Source: Idiomarina loihiensis L2TR (lineage in GTDB: Bacteria > Pseudomonadota > Gammaproteobacteria > Enterobacterales > Alteromonadaceae). From it: a stretch of 32,000 nucleotides of DNA. The first letter of the stretch is position 1. The number at the start of each line of letters is the position of its first letter. The notes beneath the pieces are model-generated. The model made no database searches, was not told the DNA's origin, and saw nothing but the letters and a program-made list of their open reading frames with translations. Location: assembly GCF_000008465.1 (NCBI RefSeq), contig NC_006512.1, forward strand, positions 2,580,001-2,612,000, in the 5' to 3' direction. A program made the translations under genes and the position numbers. This document shows positions 16,480 through 24,072 of this stretch, one piece after another.

Positions 16480-17067
16480 TTACCGCTTAGCGTGCTTTTC
16501 ACGGTTCTTTTGTTTCTGTTCGGCGTTCTTTTTCATCATTATGTAGGCTGCGCCGCGGCCACCATGCGGTCGCTGTGCGCTATGAAACGCCAGTACAGGT
16601 TCCAGCTCGCGCAGCCACTTATTCACGTAACTTTTTATCAGTGCCGGATGCGGCTTAGTGTGCTTGCCCATGCCGTGGATGATTAAAGCCGTACGTACAC
16701 CCGCGCCGTGACAATCTTTCACAAAGTTAAACAGTGCCGTGCGCGCCTCTACCAACGTATGGTGGTGCAAGTTCAAACTGGCTTCCATGCTGTAACGCCC
16801 CTGTTTAAGGCGTTTATACACTCCAGCCTGAACACCATCGCGATGAAACTCAATAACGTCCTCCGGCTCAACCAAGTCTACATACTCAGTCGATAAAAAG
16901 TTTTCGTTTTCAGCTTCTTCTGCCTCAGCGGCACGGCGGCGCTCTTTTTGCGCCAGCGTCGGTTCAAAAGCCTGCTTAATATCAGCAACTTCTTCACCCG
17001 CCAAGGGCGTTACGTCAGTCATTTCCTGACGAAACAACTCAAATTCTTCATCATCTGAACGCGACAT
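16480..17067 (-). CDS. smrA: Smr-domain DNA endonuclease SmrA
   Basis: 195 aa, collinear with E. coli SmrA (YdaL). Shared features are the ..LNLHHHT.. segment, IIHGMGK, the HGG-GA motif and the same C-terminal tail (..EKHAKR versus ..ERHAKR). Confidence 0.8.
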   Translation of the reverse strand: MSRSDDEEFELFRQEMTDVTPLAGEEVADIKQAFEPTLAQKERRRAAEAEEAENENFLSTEYVDLVEPEDVIEFHRDGVQAGVYKRLKQGRYSMEASLNLHHHTLVEARTALFNFVKDCHGAGVRTALIIHGMGKHTKPHPALIKSYVNKWLRELEPVLAFHSAQRPHGGRGAAYIMMKKNAEQKQKNREKHAKR

Positions 17068-17203
17068 ACTGCCTCCCGCTCATATTCTTTTGCTCGGTCT
17101 AGTGTAATACGTTGCTGCGCGAATCGCGATCCATTAATCGTCCAATTCTGCTACAATTGCGCTCAATTTATACATCGCGACATTCACTCAGTAAGGAGAT
17201 GAC

Positions 17204-17917
17204 ATGCGTCCAAGTGGCCGTACGGCACAACAAATTCGACCGGTAACCATTACCCGTAACTTTACCAAACACGCAGAAGGCTCGGTTTTAATTGAGTTTG
17301 GCGAAACCAAGGTGCTTTGTAATGCCTCGGTAGAAAGAGGTGTTCCTCGCTTTTTAAAAGGTAAAGGCCAGGGCTGGGTTACCGCTGAATACAGCATGTT
17401 ACCACGCGCAACTCATACCCGTTCTGCCCGCGAAGCCTCCCGCGGTAAACAAGGCGGTCGTACCTTAGAAATTCAGCGCTTAATTGGCCGTTCACTGCGT
17501 ACCTGCATCGACATGAGCGCCTTAGGTGAGCACACCATTACTATCGACTGTGACGTGATTCAGGCCGACGGCGGCACACGTACCGCGTCTATTACCGGTG
17601 CTTGTGTCGCCTTAGTTGACGCGCTGAACTGGATGCGGGCGCAAGGTATGGTCAAAGTGAACCCGTTAAAAGAAATGGTCGCGGCAATTTCAGTCGGTAT
17701 TTTAGATGGCGAGCCGGTCAGCGATCTTGAATACATTGAAGACTCAAAAGCCGATACTGACATGAACATAGTGATGACAGAAGCCGGTAAGTTTATCGAA
17801 ATTCAGGGCACAGCCGAGGGCGAAGCCTTCAGTTTTGACGAAATGAACAGCCTGGTTGAAATGGCGCGTCACAGTATTCGCGAGTTGATTGATATTCAGA
17901 AACAAGCTTTAGCATAA
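17204..17917 (+). CDS. rph: Ribonuclease PH
   Basis: 237 aa, near-collinear with E. coli RNase PH (MRP.GR...[25 protein letters not shown].. ; [22 protein letters not shown]). Confidence 0.97.
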   Translation: MRPSGRTAQQIRPVTITRNFTKHAEGSVLIEFGETKVLCNASVERGVPRFLKGKGQGWVTAEYSMLPRATHTRSAREASRGKQGGRTLEIQRLIGRSLRTCIDMSALGEHTITIDCDVIQADGGTRTASITGACVALVDALNWMRAQGMVKVNPLKEMVAAISVGILDGEPVSDLEYIEDSKADTDMNIVMTEAGKFIEIQGTAEGEAFSFDEMNSLVEMARHSIRELIDIQKQALA

Positions 17918-17952
17918 ATTTGGTGTAACAGTAGGTGAGGAACCCTTCGGCA

Positions 17953-18597
17953 ATGAAAGCGTATCAAAAAGAGTTTATTGAGTTTGCCATAGAGCGTGGC
18001 GTATTAAAGTTTGGTGAGTTTACCTTAAAGTCCGGCCGCACCAGCCCGTACTTTTTTAATGCCGGGCTGTTTAATAAAGGTTCTGACTTAGCACGCTTAG
18101 GCCGCTTTTATGCCGCCGCGCTGGTCGACTCCGGTATCGATTTTGATGTGCTTTTTGGCCCGGCTTACAAAGGCATTCCTATTGCCACTGCCACAGCGGT
18201 CGCCTTATACGACCACCATCAGCAAGACACCCCATATTGCTTTAACCGTAAAGAAAAGAAAGACCACGGCGAAGGCGGTAACCTGGTGGGCTCAGCGCTG
18301 GAAGGCAAAGTGATGCTGGTGGATGACGTGATCACCGCAGGCACAGCTATTCGTGAAGCCATGGAGATTGTCGAAACGAACGGCGCCGAATTGTCCGGTG
18401 TTCTGATTGCTCTGGATCGTCAGGAAAAAGGCAAAGGCGAACTATCGGCGATTCAGGAAGTTGAGCGTGATTTTAATGCCCAGGTGGTTAGCATTGTAAG
18501 CTTGAATGATGTCATCAACTTTTTGAAAGATGACGACACTTTTAACGAATATCTTCCCAAAGTTGAAGCGTATCGCGCCGAGTTCGGCGTCGCCTGA
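17953..18597 (+). CDS. pyrE: Orotate phosphoribosyltransferase
   Basis: Starting at the ATG at 17953 gives 214 aa (E. coli PyrE is 213 aa): [12 protein letters not shown].., with a PRPP-binding loop [13 protein letters not shown]. It follows rph, as in the enterobacterial rph-pyrE operon. Confidence 0.95.
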   Translation: MKAYQKEFIEFAIERGVLKFGEFTLKSGRTSPYFFNAGLFNKGSDLARLGRFYAAALVDSGIDFDVLFGPAYKGIPIATATAVALYDHHQQDTPYCFNRKEKKDHGEGGNLVGSALEGKVMLVDDVITAGTAIREAMEIVETNGAELSGVLIALDRQEKGKGELSAIQEVERDFNAQVVSIVSLNDVINFLKDDDTFNEYLPKVEAYRAEFGVA

Positions 18598-18661
18598 TAC
18601 GAATGTGCGTAGCCTGACGTTTACGTCAGGTCCAATATCTCACCTGACATGAATGTCATAT

Positions 18662-18674
18662 ATGGTCCCCTCCC
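18662..18674. repeat. IS inverted repeat (transposase-distal, 3' end)
   Basis: ATGGTCCCCTCCC is the exact reverse complement of 20022-20034. Confidence 0.85.
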
Positions 18675-18920
18675 GTTTTGCAACGGCAACTCGTGGTAAA
18701 TGTCGGGGCGCTCGCATATATACGGCCTGTTTATGGTGCGCGCTTTGCGCACCTGGCCTGGATGAACTCCGCACGACAACTGGCTTATCAGGCTAACGTA
18801 CTTTATGTACGGACGTTCAACAGTCTCAGTTGTCGTCGGTTTACCCTATTTTACCATCCTGTTGACGTTTGCAACTCCCGGAAGGAATGAACCTTCGCTG
18901 TGCTCTTTTACTGAATGCTG
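18675..18920 (-). ncRNA. Candidate IS1111-type bridge (guide) RNA region in the 3' non-coding end of the IS
   Basis: A 10-bp long-range stem (18773-18782 / 18827-18836) encloses a two-sided internal loop and a distal 5-bp hairpin (18797-18801 / 18807-18811). A further 7-bp hairpin lies at 18735-18753. The loop segment 18784-18795 is 11/12 identical to the chromosomal flank 20035-20046. Strand and exact ends are not determined. Confidence 0.3.
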
Positions 18921-19952
18921 TTAAGCAGCAGTCATCCGGTAATCTTCTTTATTCTTTAACATCGCCCAGATTATCCGGGCGTGCTTGTTAGCCAGTGCCA
19001 CCGCTGCAACGTTGTTGCCTCTGCGTTTAGCGACATCCTGTGCCCAGAGGCTCAGCCTGTCGTGGCGCTGTTGTGCCACCCGCAGTGCCGAGCGGGCGCC
19101 ATGCACCAGCAGTGTCCTGAGTTTGGTGTTCCCTTTTTTGGTAATACCGCCTAAACGGTCTTTACCGCCACTGCTGTTTTGCCGTGGTACCAGTCCCAGG
19201 TATTCCGACAGGTTGCGGCCGCGTTTAAATTCACTCACATCACCTATCAGTGCCAGCAGCGAGGTCGCTGTTATCGGTCCGATACCCGGCAGGGTCATCA
19301 GCCGCTGACTGTCTTCATTCCTTTCGGCCTGTGTCGCTAAGTGCTTATCCAGCGCTTTAACTTCTTCATCCACCGCTCGCAGCATCTGATAGAGCCGGTT
19401 GATGAGGTCCCGTGACTGAAGCGTCAGCGCATTGCTGTCGTCTTCCAGTACCTCCGGTACTCTCTGTAATATCGTACCGACTCGCTTCGGTAAAAGAATG
19501 CCGTATTCGGCCAGTTGCCCCCGCAACCTATTCGAGAACTGCGTTCTCGTCTGCACGAAGCCTTCCCGCTGATTGACCATCAATGCTAAGTCCTGCTGCT
19601 CAATGCTTTTCAGCCTGACCGTCTGACGGTTGGGTCGTGATGCCGCCTCGGCTATCGCCCGGGCGTCATTCGCATCGTTCTTCTCACCCTGCAGGTACGC
19701 TTTGACGAAACGCGGTGGCAACGCCACCGTTTTATAACCCAGCTTTTCACATTCGCGGCGCCAGTAATGACTCATGCCGCAGGACTCAACCGCTACTTCA
19801 CAGTCATCCGTACGGCTCAGCGTCGCCAGCTTCGCTAACACTTTATTGCTGCGCAGTTTTTTATTAAAAACTTCCTGCTCATTTTCATCCAGCGCCAAAA
19901 CCTGAATAAAATCCTTTGCCAAATCCAGGGCAATTCTGTTTACAATAGCCAT
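18921..19952 (-). CDS. IS110 family transposase (RuvC-like DEDD domain + C-terminal Tnp domain)
   Basis: 343 aa. The N-terminus reads IALDLAKDF.., followed by ..VESCG.. and ..KNDANDARAIAEA (DEDD pattern). The C-terminus reads LMTLPGIGPITATSLLALIGDVSEFKRGRNLSEYLGLVPRQNSSGGK..GITKKGN..LRTLLV (IS116/IS110/IS902 signature with the SSGG serine). A GGAGAGG SD precedes the ATG. Confidence 0.93.
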   Translation of the reverse strand: MAIVNRIALDLAKDFIQVLALDENEQEVFNKKLRSNKVLAKLATLSRTDDCEVAVESCGMSHYWRRECEKLGYKTVALPPRFVKAYLQGEKNDANDARAIAEAASRPNRQTVRLKSIEQQDLALMVNQREGFVQTRTQFSNRLRGQLAEYGILLPKRVGTILQRVPEVLEDDSNALTLQSRDLINRLYQMLRAVDEEVKALDKHLATQAERNEDSQRLMTLPGIGPITATSLLALIGDVSEFKRGRNLSEYLGLVPRQNSSGGKDRLGGITKKGNTKLRTLLVHGARSALRVAQQRHDRLSLWAQDVAKRRGNNVAAVALANKHARIIWAMLKNKEDYRMTAA

Positions 19953-20021
19953 TGGTCCTCTCCACTCCGTTCTATAGAATCTTCGAAACTCTATATTGGC
20001 ACATTGCGATGCCGCTTAGGA

Positions 20022-20034
20022 GGGAGGGGACCAT
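20022..20034. repeat. IS inverted repeat (5' end)
   Basis: GGGAGGGGACCAT is the exact reverse complement of 18662-18674. Confidence 0.85.
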
Positions 20035-20050
20035 CTCATCAGGCTACCAG

Positions 20051-20079
20051 GAAAACGGCAATAAGTGATTGCCGTTTTC
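20051..20079. terminator. Palindromic hairpin, probable bidirectional terminator (likely the original pyrE terminator displaced by the IS)
   Basis: Perfect 12-bp stem GAAAACGGCAAT / ATTGCCGTTTTC with a 5-nt loop. A U-run (TTTTC) forms the 3' part of the stem on both strands. Confidence 0.55.
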
Positions 20080-20254
20080 ATTCACGCCAGGTGGAATATC
20101 GGGGAATAAGAGTGCGCCTGACGGTTGCGAGGGGTCTTGTGGAGGTGTGCAGCGCCGTGGATGGCGCTGCTCAAGTCCTACAAGGATGTATTCACGGGCG
20201 TCCTCCAAAAGACTCCTCGTAACCTCAGCACTCGCTTTCCCAGTTTCCCAGCCG

Positions 20255-21931
20255 CTACAGCTTTTCCTGTGGCTGCCAGGCAATACCAATGCTGCCGTTT
20301 ACAATCTGGCATTCGCCACCTGAAGACTGCACGCGACTGGATTCCCCGCGCTGTGCAATTAGGCGGAAGTCTTTATTTAGCAAGCTAACCTGCTTACGCT
20401 CGCCACACAAAATGCGCATAGAATCGATTAAGCCACGATCACTGAGAAAGTTTGTTGTTGGCTCTTCCTGAACAACATCATCGCCTTTCGCAAACTCGGC
20501 GGTTTGTAATCCATACGGAGAGATAACCCCCGATGCTCCGGCGACCAGATAATGAAACGTAGCAGCTACGGCATTATCGGTTCCTTGTGCATCTTCCACC
20601 ATAAACGCACCACGCTCACCAATAATGTTGAAAGCGCCGCTTTCTAAATTCACTTCCATTGCGGTGTTTTCGTCAATACCAATAGATAATGGTGTGGAAC
20701 TCGCAGCCGCCAGACGCATTAAGCGCCCCTGCCGCCCGCGCTCAGAAAACTCAGTATCCAATGTGGCATAGTGAAACAAACTTAAGCCGCCCAGCGGATG
20801 GTAAGTCAGGCTATCAGGTCCAACATTCGGCGGACAGGTGGTGTCTAAATTGCAACCAAATGGAGGAGGATCGGAAGCAATCGCTCCCTCTTTTATGGCC
20901 TGAGCGGTTGTGCCATTAGAAATCATAGGCTTAGAAGTCATAACCGCAGTGCCGGCACCCGTTCCGCCAATAACCACTTCCTTTTGTTGCACAGCTGCAA
21001 TAATCGTCTTCAGCACATCGCCGGGTTCATTATTCGCCTTAATAAAGGTTGAACGAGTCAGGTTCTGATCACCATCATTAAAAAACAGTCCATCGGCATC
21101 GGCCAGCATCTCTGCGGCCGCATCAGAATCTTTGCAAAAAGCGACTTGCTCCTGATACCGGTCTTTATGCACCCGGTCACGTTCATAAGCACCTAATTGC
21201 TTTTGCTGAATTTTTGCCAGTTCATCGCAACGACCTTCCCGCTGAGCTTTTACTACAGCAGAATCCAGTGGCAGCCAATGCACTTCTGCTCCCAGCTGTT
21301 CAAATACACTATTGTAAAAATCTATCTTATCGTACGGATTACGTGATGCAGAGGTCAGGAAATACACCTTTGGCTTCCGTTCATCTCCGGCAACTGACTG
21401 CGCCATTTCAACAAAGCGCTGAAAAATTGCTTTTGACTCACCTTTGAGGTTTTCATCCAGATTAACCACTTCACGTGCGGAATCCGGAACCGGTAGCTCA
21501 ATTAAGTCAATAATCCGGTTCCACTCAGCATCTGACAACGAGTTATAAAGCTGTTGTGTCGCCCGCCGGGTAAACTCACGCAGAAAAACGCGCTCAGGAA
21601 CAATGTCTTCTTTTAAACGCTCGTGAATTAATTCCAGCGCATCAGCAACTTTTTTGCGAGTTTCTTCACGGTAACTAGGCCAAACCGACTCTGCCGTTGC
21701 TCTCGAACGAAATTTTTTCGACAGGTTTAAATACCTGTCGGTGCGCATCGTTTCCTTATCAATCCAGTCAACGTCATCACAGTTATCCGACGCGAAACTG
21801 GAACAGGCCGTCAGACCGCCACCAGCCAACAATAAATGTCGGTATGTATCGTCATCGGCAGCATTTGACGGCGCCGCAAAAGCTGATGACAATGCCGCCA
21901 AAGAGAGCAAGGAAAACAACGACTTAACCAT
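20255..21931 (-). CDS. Secreted cyanophycinase-like (peptidase S51 family) protein with substituted catalytic residues
   Basis: 558 aa with a signal peptide (..SSAFA/AP). S51-type blocks are present: LLLAGGG, KVYFLTSASRNP, FFNDGDQ, IGGTGAGTAVM, FSERGRQGRLMRL and GIDENT. A ~140-aa insertion follows the first block, and there is a ~100-aa C-terminal extension with several Cys pairs. Confidence 0.65.
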   Translation of the reverse strand: MVKSLFSLLSLAALSSAFAAPSNAADDDTYRHLLLAGGGLTACSSFASDNCDDVDWIDKETMRTDRYLNLSKKFRSRATAESVWPSYREETRKKVADALELIHERLKEDIVPERVFLREFTRRATQQLYNSLSDAEWNRIIDLIELPVPDSAREVVNLDENLKGESKAIFQRFVEMAQSVAGDERKPKVYFLTSASRNPYDKIDFYNSVFEQLGAEVHWLPLDSAVVKAQREGRCDELAKIQQKQLGAYERDRVHKDRYQEQVAFCKDSDAAAEMLADADGLFFNDGDQNLTRSTFIKANNEPGDVLKTIIAAVQQKEVVIGGTGAGTAVMTSKPMISNGTTAQAIKEGAIASDPPPFGCNLDTTCPPNVGPDSLTYHPLGGLSLFHYATLDTEFSERGRQGRLMRLAAASSTPLSIGIDENTAMEVNLESGAFNIIGERGAFMVEDAQGTDNAVAATFHYLVAGASGVISPYGLQTAEFAKGDDVVQEEPTTNFLSDRGLIDSMRILCGERKQVSLLNKDFRLIAQRGESSRVQSSGGECQIVNGSIGIAWQPQEKL

Positions 21932-22229
21932 AAATAAAACCCCTAGTTACCGACGGCTTTCACCGCTAGAATATTTCAACTAACAAAATCAACAGGCTGC
22001 AACGCTAGAGCGTTAACAACCCAACTGTCAAATATAGGACAATAGATTAACGCATTTATTATAGACAGACCTAAAATTCTCGCAGAATTAACTTATGTGA
22101 TACGGCATAGTAAACTCACTGTTAATAAGCGTAAACCTATGAAAATAAATAATTTTCAGGGCTCGTGACGAGCATCCGAACACTGCTATACTAATCTCTC
22201 TTTTATGAAATAAGATCACACGTGTTGTT

Positions 22230-23570
22230 ATGAAGTCACCGTTACGTTTTTGCGTTCTGTTACTGCTCGCGGGCCTGCTCCCGATGACCAGTTTTGCCTT
22301 CTCAGAGCAGAAACTGACTTTCCGTGCTCCCGAGGAAGGTCCCTTTACGCAATATGTAACAGCGGTGCTTGAAGAGGCATACGAAAAACTCGGTATTGAA
22401 CTCGAGTACATCGAACTTCCCCGCTTACGAGGTGAGCAGTTGGCTGCTGAAGGTACCATCGCCGGGGAGCTGGGAAGAACAGCGCTACTTGAAGACAAGC
22501 GCCGGCACCTGCGCCGGGTGCCTTTTCCACTATTCACTTTCGATATTATCGCGGTAGCCGATCGTCGTAACTGTGGTTACTGCCCATTGTCAGAAATGAA
22601 AAGTCTGGCCTATGTTAACGGTATGGACTCAATTACCAAATTGGTCGAAAACCTGCCTTACGAACCGTCTATTGTCACCCCTATTGATATTGAGCAAGTG
22701 GTAAAATTACTCGATTCGGGGCGCATTCAAATGGCATTTATGGGGGATTTTCAATTTGAAAATTCAGATCTGAAAGATAACCCTCATTTAATTACTCATA
22801 AGTTATCGACAGAGGTTGGTTTTCATTATCTGAATGAAGAGCATGCGAGACTGATACCTCAACTGACTTATCACCTGCAAACTATGCGCGACAACGGCCG
22901 GATGAAGGCACTGCGCGAGCAGTATGGTGTCACCCTGGAAACACCAATACAGCCCATAAAGCGTCCTGAGCAACTGACGGTTGTAGGAGCCATACACCAG
23001 GGCTTACTGAATGCCGACGGCACGGGCAAATTATGGAATTTGGCTAAATCCGTATTTCCGACTTTTACCTCCCGGCTCAATACGGTTGTCAGCAGTTGGC
23101 AGCGAAGTATTCAATTACTACAGGAAGGCCGTGCAGATGCGTTAATCGGTGTTCGTCCTGATCAGAAAATAAAAAATATCATTCTGTCTAAATATCATAT
23201 TGGCTACGACGACAGCATTTTTCTTTTCACCCTTGAACAACCGAATGATGGTCCTATTTGTGTATCCGGCCCTCGCTTCATGCAAACCTTAGTGGATACC
23301 GACCGACCCTTTTACCGGGCCTCGAATTCACTGGACTGCTTTGCACTGCTGGATATGGAAAGGGTCAGTGCGGTAATAGACTACAAGGACAACCTGCCTG
23401 ACTGGACCGAAAAGCCCTACAAGAAACAGAAGCTGTCGGGACCACAACCTTTATTCATGGCCTTTCTCGACAACAACAGAGGCCGTGCACTTCGTCAACT
23501 ATTTGATAACACGCTGTTCGAACAGACAATTGAAAAAAGGGCTAAACAGCAAATTAACGAGCGCCTGTAA
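22230..23570 (+). CDS. Periplasmic protein with two tandem family-3 solute-binding-protein-like domains (function unknown)
   Basis: 446 aa with a signal peptide (..PMTSFA/FS). There are two repeats of an SBP_bac_3-like pattern (..Y...A......G..L....LP..R......G.ADA/GEL..). No ABC permease or ATPase gene is adjacent. Confidence 0.5.
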   Translation: MKSPLRFCVLLLLAGLLPMTSFAFSEQKLTFRAPEEGPFTQYVTAVLEEAYEKLGIELEYIELPRLRGEQLAAEGTIAGELGRTALLEDKRRHLRRVPFPLFTFDIIAVADRRNCGYCPLSEMKSLAYVNGMDSITKLVENLPYEPSIVTPIDIEQVVKLLDSGRIQMAFMGDFQFENSDLKDNPHLITHKLSTEVGFHYLNEEHARLIPQLTYHLQTMRDNGRMKALREQYGVTLETPIQPIKRPEQLTVVGAIHQGLLNADGTGKLWNLAKSVFPTFTSRLNTVVSSWQRSIQLLQEGRADALIGVRPDQKIKNIILSKYHIGYDDSIFLFTLEQPNDGPICVSGPRFMQTLVDTDRPFYRASNSLDCFALLDMERVSAVIDYKDNLPDWTEKPYKKQKLSGPQPLFMAFLDNNRGRALRQLFDNTLFEQTIEKRAKQQINERL

Positions 23571-24018
23571 AATCGTTCTGGCGCCAGGCTTCATAAGCAA
23601 AAATAGCCACTGAATTGGATAAATTCAGGCTTCGGCTGGTGTCCGCCATTGGCAACCGCAACCAGTTCTCTTGTGGAAAAGTTTCCAGGACCTCCATTGG
23701 CAGCCCGCGAGTTTCAGGGCCAAACAACAAAACATCGCCGGCCTCATAAGCCACTGCAGAGTAATTTGTCTTACCTTTGGTTGTGCACGCAAAAATGCGG
23801 TTAAACGAGGTACTATTCAGAAAGCTCTGCCAGTCTTTATGGATATTTACAGAAGCTAAATCGTGATAATCAAGACCCGCCCGACGTACTTTTTTTTCAT
23901 CCAGCTCAAACCCTAAGGGCTCAATTAAATGCAAGGACATGCCCGTGTTCGCCGCCAAACGAATAACGTTGCCGGTATTAGGGGGAATTTCAGGCTCAAA
24001 CAGTACAAGGTGCAACAT
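23554..24018 (-). CDS. trmL: tRNA (cytidine/uridine34-2'-O)-methyltransferase TrmL
   Basis: Starting at [26 protein letters not shown] (24018) gives 154 aa, collinear with E. coli TrmL/YibK ([26 protein letters not shown]..). The C-terminal SPOUT knot motif LNLSNSVAI is present. Confidence 0.92.
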   Translation of the reverse strand: MLHLVLFEPEIPPNTGNVIRLAANTGMSLHLIEPLGFELDEKKVRRAGLDYHDLASVNIHKDWQSFLNSTSFNRIFACTTKGKTNYSAVAYEAGDVLLFGPETRGLPMEVLETFPQENWLRLPMADTSRSLNLSNSVAIFAYEAWRQNDFTGAR

Positions 24019-24072
24019 GGTCGTTTTCATCACTTGGGTAAAAGCGGTAGAATAGCAGAATATCTTTTATAA

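Larger units (their letters stand above)
18662..20034 (-). mobile_element. IS110-family insertion sequence, IS1111-subgroup architecture (minimum extent defined by the inverted repeats)
   Basis: A 1.37-kb unit is bounded by a perfect 13-bp inverted repeat and holds a single DEDD/Tnp transposase gene. The 5' non-coding end is short (82 bp) and the 3' non-coding end is long (246 bp). No obvious target-site duplication is visible, which is typical of IS110-family elements. True termini may lie a few bp outside the IRs, since IS1111-type IRs are subterminal. Confidence 0.85.

Noticed and set aside
17918-17952. Looked for the enterobacterial-type pyrE attenuator between rph and pyrE
   Set aside because: The spacer is only 35 bp and contains no GC-stem plus U-run. 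Any pyrimidine control of pyrE here is therefore not via the E. coli-style intercistronic attenuator.
19997-20012. TGGCAC..TTGC-like sequence in the IS 5' end (possible sigma-54 promoter)
   Set aside because: The GG-to-GC spacing is wrong for a -24/-12 promoter (TGGCACATTGCGATGC). No EBP site is nearby, so it is likely a chance match.
20004-20388. Cluster of overlapping 72-87-aa plus-strand ORFs right of the IS
   Set aside because: They have no SD sequences and overlap one another in different frames. They begin inside the IS end or run antisense into the S51-like gene. The region is better explained as structured non-coding DNA.
22088-22537. 149-aa minus-strand ORF (Ser/Arg/Pro-rich)
   Set aside because: It overlaps the 5' part of the signal-peptide-bearing SBP-like gene on the other strand. 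Its low-complexity composition is typical of antisense frames.
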